DNA from: Akkermansia muciniphila | GTDB taxonomy: Bacteria; Verrucomicrobiota; Verrucomicrobiia; Limisphaerales; UBA1100 | Assembly (NCBI GenBank): GCA_945903605.1 | Contig: CAMDOH010000004.1 | Span: 2,593-66,592, forward strand | Direction of reading: 5' to 3' | DNA length: 64,000 bases | Shown: positions 35,708 to 43,931 of the stretch, piece after piece | How the letters are laid out: each line of letters opens with the position of its first letter | Numbering within the stretch: the stretch's first letter is position 1 | Program-made: the position numbers and the translations under genes | The notes under the pieces: generated by a model | The model's database searches: none | What the model was told of the DNA's origin: nothing | The model's input: only the letters and a program-made list of their open reading frames with translations

Positions 35708-36613
35708 ATGGAAACCCTTTCACGCCGAAAATTCGTTCGACTTTGTACTGCTGCGAGTGTGGGCGTCTCGGCCGCCCCGCTCCTGATGGCCAAAGACAAA
35801 ACACCACGAAACAAATTCACGCTGTTCACCAAGCAGCTCGAAGCGTTGAGTTACGATCGGCTGGCTGAGGCAGTCGCAGAGATGGGTTTCGATGGTATCG
35901 AGGGCACGATTCGTCCGGGTGGACACGTGACGCCTGAACGAGTTCCGGACGATCTGCCGAAGTTTGTGGAGGCATTGAAGAAGCGTGGGCTGGAATTGAC
36001 GATCATGGCTTCGGGGATCAACAACGCAAAAGATCCGCTCAACGTGCAACAGTTGCGGGTGGCGGCGAAGCTCGGTGTGAAGCGGTATCGGATGAAGTAT
36101 TTTATGTACGATCTGAAGAAACCGGTGGCGAAACAGTTGGATGAGATTCGGCCAGCGCTGAAGGACTTGGTGGCATTGAATCGCGAATTGGGATTGCAGG
36201 CGATTTATCAGAATCATTCCGGGCGCGATTATGTGGGCGCTCCGCTGTGGGATTTGGTGGAACTTTTCAAGACGCATGATCCGAAGCATCTGGCCATCGC
36301 TTTCGATGTCGGGCATGCCACTTTGGAAGGCACCCACACGCATGTATTACAGGGAAATTTGGTGCGGCCTCATCTGGGATCGATTTATGTGAAGAGCTTC
36401 CGTCGCGAGGGAAACAAGATTGAATGGTGCGGTTTGTCTCAGGGCGTGGTGGAAGGGCAATGGGTGCGCGCGTTGGTGGAGGCGGATGTGACAGTGCCCG
36501 TGAATATGCACGAGGAATACATCGACCATCGCGATCCGAAGTTAGTGCCCGAACACTTGAAGGCGATGCGCAAAGATATGGCCACGCTCAAGGAATGGCT
36601 GGGCTGGGTGTAA
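35708..36613 (+). CDS. Sugar phosphate isomerase/epimerase (xylose isomerase-like TIM barrel) with a Tat signal
   Basis: I prefer the ATG at 35708. The start METLSRRKFVRLCTAASVGVSAAPLLMA carries a twin-arginine-type signal. A TIM-barrel body follows (FDGIEGTIRPGG, ...QNHSG..., FDVGHA). Confidence 0.8.
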   Translation: METLSRRKFVRLCTAASVGVSAAPLLMAKDKTPRNKFTLFTKQLEALSYDRLAEAVAEMGFDGIEGTIRPGGHVTPERVPDDLPKFVEALKKRGLELTIMASGINNAKDPLNVQQLRVAAKLGVKRYRMKYFMYDLKKPVAKQLDEIRPALKDLVALNRELGLQAIYQNHSGRDYVGAPLWDLVELFKTHDPKHLAIAFDVGHATLEGTHTHVLQGNLVRPHLGSIYVKSFRREGNKIEWCGLSQGVVEGQWVRALVEADVTVPVNMHEEYIDHRDPKLVPEHLKAMRKDMATLKEWLGWV

Positions 36614-36614
36614 T

Positions 36615-36895
36615 ATGGTGACGGTGCTCCAGCGTGTCAGCGAAGGGCGAGTGACAGTGAAGGGTCGTGTGACGGGATCCATCCACGATGGCTTGGTGAT
36701 TATCGAAAGGGGCGTCGGCCAAGTTTTGACAATGCAGCTTCGCCAACGGAAGCGTGCAGACTCTACGATTATTTTTGTGCTCGGTTGAGCGCGCAAGGGA
36801 TACGAGTGGAAACGGGCGAATTCGGTGCAGCCATGGCGGTGAGCTTGGTAAACGATGGCCCAGTGACTTTCGTATTGGACAGTGCAGGCAGGTGA
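36615..36895 (+). pseudogene. dtd: D-aminoacyl-tRNA deacylase remnant with an internal deletion and frameshift
   Basis: The frame from the ATG at 36615 gives [30 protein letters not shown], matching the Dtd N-terminus (compare E. coli [31 protein letters not shown]). It then reads into nonsense and stops after 57 aa. A different frame gives [62 protein letters not shown], matching the Dtd C-terminus (compare [23 protein letters not shown]...[17 protein letters not shown]). The locus is 281 nt, against about 440 nt for an intact dtd. Confidence 0.75.
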
Positions 36896-37031
36896 ATTCC
36901 GTTTTTCCCGAGTCAAGACTCGAATGCCACGACCTGATATTTTCTGAAAAATAAGAATTGAATGGAATATCAACTAGTGTCATGAGTCAGCACGAATTCT
37001 TTAGAGAGCAATCACGTCTGAATTTTACTAT

Positions 37032-37604
37032 ATGAAACCAGAGCAATGCAGAAAAAATAAAGCGTTCACGTTGATCGAACTCTTGGTGGTCATCACCATA
37101 TTGGGAATTTTGATGTCATTGATGCTGCCAGTGATGGGGCGATCGAAGGAGAAGGCCCGAGCGATGGTGAAGTACCTCAACAACAGGCAGCAGTTGATGA
37201 CACTTTGCAGCGGTTTCGAGGATAACAAGAATGACCCGCCGCTGTTGGTTTCGCTGGATTTTGATGGTACCAGCATCAGTAATAGCGACCTCTTTTTGCT
37301 ACAGGAACTCCTGAAGTCAGAGTTCTTTAAACTACAGCCCATGCCTCAGATGGATTATTTCCGCAAACTCTCTTTCCGCGATACGGCCTTTCAAGATGGT
37401 TGGCTGGCGAATTTCGTAATGGCCCCGAATTTGGAGGTGTTGTATCTCGACAACACCGCGTTGACCGACGCTGGGCTGCTGGTGATTCAGAACAACTGCA
37501 AACGGCTCATAGAATTGACGATTACTCAGTGCAAAGCGCTGACTCCGGCTGCAATCGCAGCCTACAAAACTGCAATGCCTGCTTGCGTAGTCCAGCACGA
37601 TTAA
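37032..37604 (+). CDS. Prepilin-type N-terminal methylation-domain protein fused to an LRR-like C-terminal domain
   Basis: 190 aa. The start is [33 protein letters not shown]. The C-terminal part NLEVLYLDNTALTDAGLLVIQNNCKRLIELTI...YKTAMPACVV resembles the 30219-30686 protein. GC content is visibly lower than in the flanking genes. Confidence 0.75.
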   Translation: MKPEQCRKNKAFTLIELLVVITILGILMSLMLPVMGRSKEKARAMVKYLNNRQQLMTLCSGFEDNKNDPPLLVSLDFDGTSISNSDLFLLQELLKSEFFKLQPMPQMDYFRKLSFRDTAFQDGWLANFVMAPNLEVLYLDNTALTDAGLLVIQNNCKRLIELTITQCKALTPAAIAAYKTAMPACVVQHD

Positions 37605-37727
37605 CGTCGCGGGGCCGTTGGTGATGCGGCCGCTGTGTTGAAATCTGCGTCCGGACTATTTCCTTGCCACAAGGCAGGGGCGGTGGGAATTTCTTCCCAG
37701 TTCCACAAACCACAAATAATTCCAATT

Positions 37728-39086
37728 ATGGCAAAGAAAACGATCATGACCCTCTCACGCCGGAAATTCATCGGCGCCAGCGCAGTCTCCGCTTTTACTC
37801 TCACCTATTTACCGAGCCACGTTTTCGGCGCCAATGAACGTCTGCGCATCGCCGGTGTCGGCGTGGGTGGAAAAGGTTCCAGCGACATCGATCACGCTGG
37901 CCAATTCGGTGACGTCGTCGCGTTGTGCGATGCCGATTCGCGCCATCTCGATGCCAAGGCGACGAAGTTCAATGCCGCGAAAAAGTTCAGCGATTTCCGT
38001 CAAATGTTCGAGCAGATGGGCAAAGGAATTGACGCCGTCACCATCAGCACTCCCGATCATACGCACGCACCGGCGGCGATGATGGCCATGAAACTGGGAA
38101 TGCACGTCTATTGCCAGAAGCCACTGACGCACTCCGTGTACGAGGCGAGGTTGTTGCGCGACACGGCTCGCAAATTCAAAGTCTGTACGCAGATGGGTAA
38201 TCAGGGCACAGCCGAAAATGGTTTGCGCGAGGCAGTAGAAGTGATTCGCTCCGGAGCCATCGGCCCCGTTCGTGAAGTCCATGTTTGGACCAACCGCCCC
38301 GTCTGGCCGCAGTCGCCAGGAATCGTGGCTCGCCCAACGGAAACTCCCGCTGTGCCCGAATTTGTGAATTGGGACGCGTTTATTGGGCCAGCACCCGAAC
38401 GTCCGTATCATCCGGCCTATCACCCGTTCAAATGGCGCGGTTGGTGGGATTTCGGTACGGGTGCGTTGGGCGACATGGCTTGTCACACGACCAACATGGC
38501 ATTCATGGCGCTGAAGCTCGGTCATCCTGATTCGATTCAGGCAGTCAGCGGAGAGATCAATCGCGAGACATTCCCAGCTTGGGCCACGATCACCTACCAA
38601 TTCCCTGCGCGCGGCGAATTGCCACCGGTGAAACTGGTCTGGTACGAAGGCAAGACTCCCGATGGCAAAAAGAATCTGCCACCGGCAGATTTGTTGCACG
38701 GCGAAATTCCGCCCGGGAGCGGTTCGTTGCTTGTGGGTGATAAAGGGATTCTCTATTCGCCCAACGATTACGGTGCCGCCTACAAATTGTTGCCCAAGGA
38801 AAAATTTGAAGGATACGTGAAGCCCGAACCCACGCTTGCCCGCAACGGTAAAGGGGACAGTGGCCAGAAGGAAGAATGGATCAAAGCGATCAAAGAAAAC
38901 AAACCTTCCATCGCCTTCTCCAACTTTGATTATGCGGCCATGTTCACCGAAACGATTCTGCTGGGGAATGTCGCCATGCGCGTCGGCAAGAAAATCAACT
39001 GGGACGGCCCGAACCTCAAAGTCACCAACGCCCCCGAGGCGGCTCAATACATCAAGCGCCCGTATCGGAAGGGTTGGGAGATCTGA
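37728..39086 (+). CDS. Gfo/Idh/MocA family oxidoreductase with a Tat signal
   Basis: I prefer the ATG at 37728. The start MAKKTIMTLSRRKFIGASAVSAFTLTYLPSHVFG carries the signal. The Rossmann motif is LRIAGVGVGGKGSSD, followed by the conserved ISTPDHTHA and YCQKPL blocks. Confidence 0.85.
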   Translation: MAKKTIMTLSRRKFIGASAVSAFTLTYLPSHVFGANERLRIAGVGVGGKGSSDIDHAGQFGDVVALCDADSRHLDAKATKFNAAKKFSDFRQMFEQMGKGIDAVTISTPDHTHAPAAMMAMKLGMHVYCQKPLTHSVYEARLLRDTARKFKVCTQMGNQGTAENGLREAVEVIRSGAIGPVREVHVWTNRPVWPQSPGIVARPTETPAVPEFVNWDAFIGPAPERPYHPAYHPFKWRGWWDFGTGALGDMACHTTNMAFMALKLGHPDSIQAVSGEINRETFPAWATITYQFPARGELPPVKLVWYEGKTPDGKKNLPPADLLHGEIPPGSGSLLVGDKGILYSPNDYGAAYKLLPKEKFEGYVKPEPTLARNGKGDSGQKEEWIKAIKENKPSIAFSNFDYAAMFTETILLGNVAMRVGKKINWDGPNLKVTNAPEAAQYIKRPYRKGWEI

Positions 39087-39088
39087 TT

Positions 39089-39733
39089 ATGATCCGGACA
39101 TTCCTTTTTTTGCTGGTGGTCGTCGCGACACTTGGCGCCGCCGAACCCGCCAAGCTGGCTGGAAAATACGAAGGTCAGGTAGACGGAAAGACGATTCGCA
39201 TCGAATTGCGCGATGATGGGTCGCTCTCGCTCCAGCCCAATATTGACGAGGCCACGGTGGTGAAAGGGTCGTGGAAGTCCGATCGGAATGAACTCAAACT
39301 GCGCGTCAGCGATCCTGATGGCGGCGAACACGTCGTCCATCTCAGATTACAGGGCGTGGATTTGCTTCTGTTGAAGCATGTGAAACCCGGCGGCGATGAG
39401 AAGTCATTTGAGCCGCCGCAGTTCAAATCCGCCAAGCCCGTGGGCAAGGATATGGTCGGTGTGTTTCGAGGGGAAGTGGAAGGCAAAAAAATCGAGTTGG
39501 AATTGATGGAAGAAGGAAAATGTAAAGTGTCCATCGATGACGGCGAAAAAGAAGAGCGTCGGCCAGGCAGTTGGACGATTAAGAACGCAACGGTCTCGTT
39601 GGAAATTAAAGCCAAGGAAGGCGCGGCGAAGATTCGTCTCCATCTCTCGGATGGCGGACTTTCGTTGATGGAATTAACCATGCCGGATGGCAACCAGAAA
39701 ATCTTCCAAGTGCGATTCGGCAAGCAGCCTTAA
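39089..39733 (+). CDS. Secreted hypothetical protein with two copies of a ~95-aa module
   Basis: I prefer the ATG at 39089, 3 nt after the oxidoreductase stop. The signal peptide is MIRTFLFLLVVVATLGAA. The internal duplication is visible: LAGKYEGQVDGKTIRIELRDDGSLSL...GSWKSDRNELKLRV against MVGVFRGEVEGKKIELELMEEGKCKV...GSWTIKNATVSLEI. Confidence 0.7.
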   Translation: MIRTFLFLLVVVATLGAAEPAKLAGKYEGQVDGKTIRIELRDDGSLSLQPNIDEATVVKGSWKSDRNELKLRVSDPDGGEHVVHLRLQGVDLLLLKHVKPGGDEKSFEPPQFKSAKPVGKDMVGVFRGEVEGKKIELELMEEGKCKVSIDDGEKEERRPGSWTIKNATVSLEIKAKEGAAKIRLHLSDGGLSLMELTMPDGNQKIFQVRFGKQP

Positions 39734-39766
39734 ACGCGCGCGACGGATATTGCCGGCGGTGTTTCC

Positions 39767-40513
39767 ATGAGAAATAATTTCCCATTGCTGTTCCTATTGC
39801 TGGGGTTCATGAGCGGTTGTTCCAAAGCCCCAACGACTCCCGGTAACGCCAGCCCTCAACATGTTCCTCTGCCAACGCTCATCACAAACGCGGTCTCCAC
39901 ATCAACAATGGCTGGAGAATATATCGGTCTCATGGATCGAACTCCCATGCGATTCAAACTCAAAGTTGACCGGACCGCCATGCTCATGGCCGAAGCAGAA
40001 AAAGGCGGCATCAAAGCCACCGGTGAATGGACGGTGGACGGTACAAATGTGGTTGCGAATCTTTTCCCGAGCAACGCAGAAGGTCTCAAAGGCCCCGAAA
40101 TGACCGTGTGGTTACACATCGACGGCGAAGATTTGGTTTTGTTCAAGCAACAGTCAGCCGAAGGTCAGACATATCAAATCGGCCCGCCGTTTTTGACCAA
40201 GTCAGGCGAAGTCGAAGGCCAGCCGCTGTTGGGAATTTATTCCGGTCGCGTGAAGGGCAATCAGTTTTCGATTGAGATCAAGGCCGACGCAAAGTTTGAG
40301 ACACAGATCACACGGCCGAACGGAAGCAAAGGCGGGTTTACCGGAATCTGGAAACAAGAAGGTGTGATGATCGTGTCTGAATCTCAGAGCGGCAAGCTGG
40401 GATCAAAAGCCTATTTGAAAATTGTCGAAAAGGGACTTTTGTTGATCAAGACAGCCGACAGCGATGGCAGCGAAGAAAGATACGAGCCGAGGCTAAAGAA
40501 AGTCCGGAATTGA
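39767..40513 (+). CDS. Lipoprotein paralog of the 39089-39733 protein (two copies of the same module)
   Basis: 248 aa. The signal is MRNNFPLLFLLLGFMSGC (lipobox). Module copies are MAGEYIGLMDRTPMRFKLKVD...GEWTVDGTNVVANL and LLGIYSGRVKGNQFSIEIKAD...GIWKQEGVMIV. Confidence 0.7.
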   Translation: MRNNFPLLFLLLGFMSGCSKAPTTPGNASPQHVPLPTLITNAVSTSTMAGEYIGLMDRTPMRFKLKVDRTAMLMAEAEKGGIKATGEWTVDGTNVVANLFPSNAEGLKGPEMTVWLHIDGEDLVLFKQQSAEGQTYQIGPPFLTKSGEVEGQPLLGIYSGRVKGNQFSIEIKADAKFETQITRPNGSKGGFTGIWKQEGVMIVSESQSGKLGSKAYLKIVEKGLLLIKTADSDGSEERYEPRLKKVRN

Positions 40514-40528
40514 CCGATACTATGTGGG

Positions 40529-40568
40529 AAGGCTGCCGTGCCCGCGTGGGGTCCTGCAGCCTTTTTTT
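40529..40568 (+). terminator. Rho-independent terminator
   Basis: The sequence AAGGCTGC-(19 nt with an inner CCC/GGG pairing)-GCAGCCTT runs into TTTTTTT. It lies 16 nt after the stop at 40513. Confidence 0.7.
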
Positions 40569-40698
40569 ATGGCCGGTGTGAAATTCCGGCCAAAACGCCA
40601 TGGCGCATCACCAATTACGGTTGGGAGAAATGGGCAAGCCGATCGCATCGGCTTTGGATGCGATTGTCAGTCTGTTTTATCATTTGGGGTGATGACCA

Positions 40699-42519
40699 AT
40701 GTCGACACCCAAGCCATCCAATCCGCAACTCGCACCGTCTGCTGACGCGGCCAACTCGGAGCCGGCCAAGCCGCTCACATTTTCCGAGCTACTCGAACTA
40801 GCTGAGGAAGGCCGCCCTTCGGCGCAATTCCGTGTCGCTGTCAAATACGATGAGGGCGACGGCGTTCCGCAGAACGACAAGGCAGCCTTCTATTGGTACA
40901 AGAAAGCGGCAGACCGCAATTATCGTTGGGCACTCAACAATCTCGGCGTGATGTACGCCACTGGCCGCGGCACAAAACAGAATCAGCGCAAGGCAGCCGA
41001 ATTGTATCGGCGTGGCGCGGAGCGAGGCTGCTCGCAGGCGCAATGCAATTTCGGGTGGGTCTGCGCAACCGGTCGCGGTGTGAAACGCGACGCTGTCCAA
41101 GCGGTGAAATGGTATCGGATCGCCGCAGCGCAGGGCGACGTTCAGGCGCAGAATAATCTTGGTGTGATGATGCAGGCTGGTGATGGCACTGAGCACGATG
41201 AATCCGAAGCGGTAAAATTATTCCGACAAGCTGCGGAGAAGGGAAATCGATTTGGTCTCTCCAATCTCGGCATTGCTTTGTCAGAAGGCAGGGGAGTTGA
41301 GGCCAACATACCAGAAGGAATCAAATCGCTTCGCGAGGCCGCGAAACAGAGCGAAGTGCAGGCGAGTTATTATCTCGGTTGCCTGTTCGCATCGGGAAAC
41401 GGGGTTGGAGCCGACCCGATCGAGGCAGAACGATTATTCCGGTTAGCTGCAGCGGAAGATCACGCAGGCGCACAAAATAATTTGGGAATATTGCTGGCGT
41501 CCGCTGGCAGCTCCGTTGCCGATCCTGCAGAGGTCGCAAAGTGGTATCGGCGAGCTGCAGATCAAGGACTGGTATCGGCGCAGTACAATCTGGCGATGCG
41601 GCTGAAGACAGGCAACGGAGTTGGAGAAGACAGGAAAGAGGCAGCGGTTTGGTTTAGGAAAGCAGCGGAGCAGGGGCATGTGGGAGCGGCGTATGAGTTG
41701 GGGCAATGGTTGGAGAGAGAGGACGGAACAAATTTAGAAGTGTGGAGATGGTACGGAGAAGCGGCTGGGGGAGGAGTATTGGCGGCGCAAGTGAAGTATG
41801 CGGATTGGTTGGTGAGGAGCGGGAAAGTGAAAGAATCGATTGAGTGGTACGAGAAGGGAGCGCGGAGTGGGGATGCGCATTCGCAGATGAATCTGGCGAC
41901 GTACATGGAAGGGGGGATGGCGAAGGCAGATGATCTGGGAGCAGCAGGATGGTATCGGAAAGCAGCGGAGCAGGGAGTTGCCAAAGCGCAGTTGAGGATG
42001 GGCGAGATGTTAGAGAGTGGAGAAGGAGCTGGGCAAGATTTGGCGGGAGCGGTGAATTGGTATCGGAAGGCGATGGAGAACGGGGTGATGGAAGCGAGGA
42101 TGAATTTGGCGCGTGGCTTATTGAGTTCGGAACGAACTGCGGGCAACTTGCTTGAAGCGGTGAAATTGCTGAGGCCATTTGCGGAGGAGGGAGATGTGGA
42201 ATTGCAGATGACATTGGGACAGTTGTACCGAGACGAGGCTGAACCAGTGCGCGACGACATCCAATCGATCAAGTTCCTGAAACTGGCGGCCGAACAAGGT
42301 CACGCGGGGGCGCAGTTGCTTTTGGCGGACATGTACCAGACGGGGCGCGGAACGGATTCGAGTTTGCCGAAGGCTTATTGGTGGTACCAATTGGTCTCCC
42401 TTCGTGGAGTGGAATTGGCTCGTCACAATTCAGCCGTGATTCTGCGAATGATGTCTAAAGAGGAAATGGTGGAAGCGCAGGCGTTGTTATTGCAATCGAC
42501 TGGGCTGACGCCTGCCTGA
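40699..42519 (+). CDS. Sel1-repeat (TPR-like) protein, about 14-15 repeats
   Basis: 606 aa. It contains iterated units such as A..WYRKAAEQG...AQ.NLG.M...G.GV..D. No signal peptide is evident. Confidence 0.85.
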   Translation: MSTPKPSNPQLAPSADAANSEPAKPLTFSELLELAEEGRPSAQFRVAVKYDEGDGVPQNDKAAFYWYKKAADRNYRWALNNLGVMYATGRGTKQNQRKAAELYRRGAERGCSQAQCNFGWVCATGRGVKRDAVQAVKWYRIAAAQGDVQAQNNLGVMMQAGDGTEHDESEAVKLFRQAAEKGNRFGLSNLGIALSEGRGVEANIPEGIKSLREAAKQSEVQASYYLGCLFASGNGVGADPIEAERLFRLAAAEDHAGAQNNLGILLASAGSSVADPAEVAKWYRRAADQGLVSAQYNLAMRLKTGNGVGEDRKEAAVWFRKAAEQGHVGAAYELGQWLEREDGTNLEVWRWYGEAAGGGVLAAQVKYADWLVRSGKVKESIEWYEKGARSGDAHSQMNLATYMEGGMAKADDLGAAGWYRKAAEQGVAKAQLRMGEMLESGEGAGQDLAGAVNWYRKAMENGVMEARMNLARGLLSSERTAGNLLEAVKLLRPFAEEGDVELQMTLGQLYRDEAEPVRDDIQSIKFLKLAAEQGHAGAQLLLADMYQTGRGTDSSLPKAYWWYQLVSLRGVELARHNSAVILRMMSKEEMVEAQALLLQSTGLTPA

Positions 42520-42563
42520 TGGCTTGCGTTGACGGAGTGGGTTGCTAGGATTTCTGAAACCTC

Positions 42564-43898
42564 ATGAACTCACCCCATCGCATCTCCATACTCACATCTC
42601 TAGCGCTGTTTATTTCAGTGGCGCTCAATGCGGCGATGGTTCCGCAGGCAGCGATCAAAGAAATGATCGCCAAGGAAAACGCATCGCTGGTCGATCTGTA
42701 CAAACATTTCCACGCCACGCCCGAGCTGTCTTTTCGTGAGACGAAATCGGCCGAGCGAATCGCCTCCGAGTTGAAGCTGGCCGGATTTGAAGTGACGACC
42801 AAAGTGGGGGGGCACGGCGTCGTTGCCGTGATGCGCAATGGTCGTGGGCCGACGGTTCTCGTGCGTGCGGATCTCGATGGATTGCCGGTGAAAGAAGAGA
42901 CGGGGCTGCCGTATGCCAGCAAACACACGATGCTTGATGAAGCGGGCAATCTGGTTTCGACGATGCACGCTTGTGGCCACGACGCGCACATGGCGTGTTT
43001 GATCGGCACCGCGAGGATGCTGAGCCGGCTCAAGGAAAATTGGCAGGGGACGTTGGTGATGATTGGCCAGCCTGCTGAGGAAAGGGGTGGCGGCGCAAAG
43101 GCGATGCTCGAAGATGGCTTGTACAAACGGTTCCCCGTTCCGGACTACGGATTGGCACTGCATGTCGCCGCCGATTTGCCCACGGGCACCATCGGTTATG
43201 TGGAAGGGTTCGCCATGGCAAATGTGGATTCGGTGGACATCATCGTGCGCGGTATTGGCGGACACGGCGCTCAACCGCAATCGGCAAAAGATCCGATCGT
43301 GCTTTCAGCGCAAATTATTCTCGCGCTCCAAACCATTCGCAGTCGCGAGATTCATCCTCTTGAGCCGGCGGTGGTAACGGTCGGCTCCATTCACGGCGGA
43401 ACGAAACACAACATTATTTCCGACGAAGTCCGCATGCAGCTCACGTTGCGTTCATACAACGATGAGGTGCGAAAACAGATGATCGATGCCATCAGCCGGA
43501 TCACGCGCGGACTGGGACAGGCCGCAGGACTTCCCGACGACAAATTACCGATCGTCGAATTGAAGAACGAGCACACACCGGCTGCGTACAACGACCCAAA
43601 GCTGGCCAAGCGCGCGCGTGTCGTGTTCGAAGAATGGCTCGGGCCGGGAACGGTGCTGGATCGAAAACCTTCCATGGGCGGCGAAGACTTCGGTCAATTT
43701 GGACGGACAGAACACAAGGTGCCGGTGTTTTTGTTTTTCGTCGGGTCGATCAATTCCGCGCGATTCAAAGAGAGTCTGCGATTGGGGAAAGCTCTGCCGT
43801 CGGCACATTCAAGCCGCTACGCACCCGATCCCGATCCGACGATCAAGACAGGCGTCACCGCGATGACGGCGGCAGTACTGGAATTGATGCGCCGTTGA
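42564..43898 (+). CDS. M20D family amidohydrolase (N-acyl-amino acid / hippurate hydrolase-like), secreted
   Basis: 444 aa. The signal peptide is SILTSLALFISVALNA. The motifs MHACGHDAH, GQPAEE and GGEDF are present. Confidence 0.85.
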   Translation: MNSPHRISILTSLALFISVALNAAMVPQAAIKEMIAKENASLVDLYKHFHATPELSFRETKSAERIASELKLAGFEVTTKVGGHGVVAVMRNGRGPTVLVRADLDGLPVKEETGLPYASKHTMLDEAGNLVSTMHACGHDAHMACLIGTARMLSRLKENWQGTLVMIGQPAEERGGGAKAMLEDGLYKRFPVPDYGLALHVAADLPTGTIGYVEGFAMANVDSVDIIVRGIGGHGAQPQSAKDPIVLSAQIILALQTIRSREIHPLEPAVVTVGSIHGGTKHNIISDEVRMQLTLRSYNDEVRKQMIDAISRITRGLGQAAGLPDDKLPIVELKNEHTPAAYNDPKLAKRARVVFEEWLGPGTVLDRKPSMGGEDFGQFGRTEHKVPVFLFFVGSINSARFKESLRLGKALPSAHSSRYAPDPDPTIKTGVTAMTAAVLELMRR

Positions 43899-43931
43899 TG
43901 CCGTTGCGATTCCGGGTTTGCCACTTGCCGG

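Noticed and set aside
36542-36983. Minus-strand ORFs 36542..36973 and 36588..36983 across the dtd remnant
   Set aside because: They have no motifs or signal. They overlap a region whose plus strand clearly derives from dtd, so they are most likely chance ORFs in decaying or AT-richer sequence.
37809-39047. 412-aa ORF antisense to the Gfo/Idh/MocA gene
   Set aside because: This is a shadow ORF with no motifs. The plus-strand gene has a Tat signal and a Rossmann fold.
40699-42519. Repetitive DNA of the Sel1 gene as a mobile or repeat element
   Set aside because: The repetition is at the protein-motif level only. The DNA copies are diverged and lie in one continuous reading frame.
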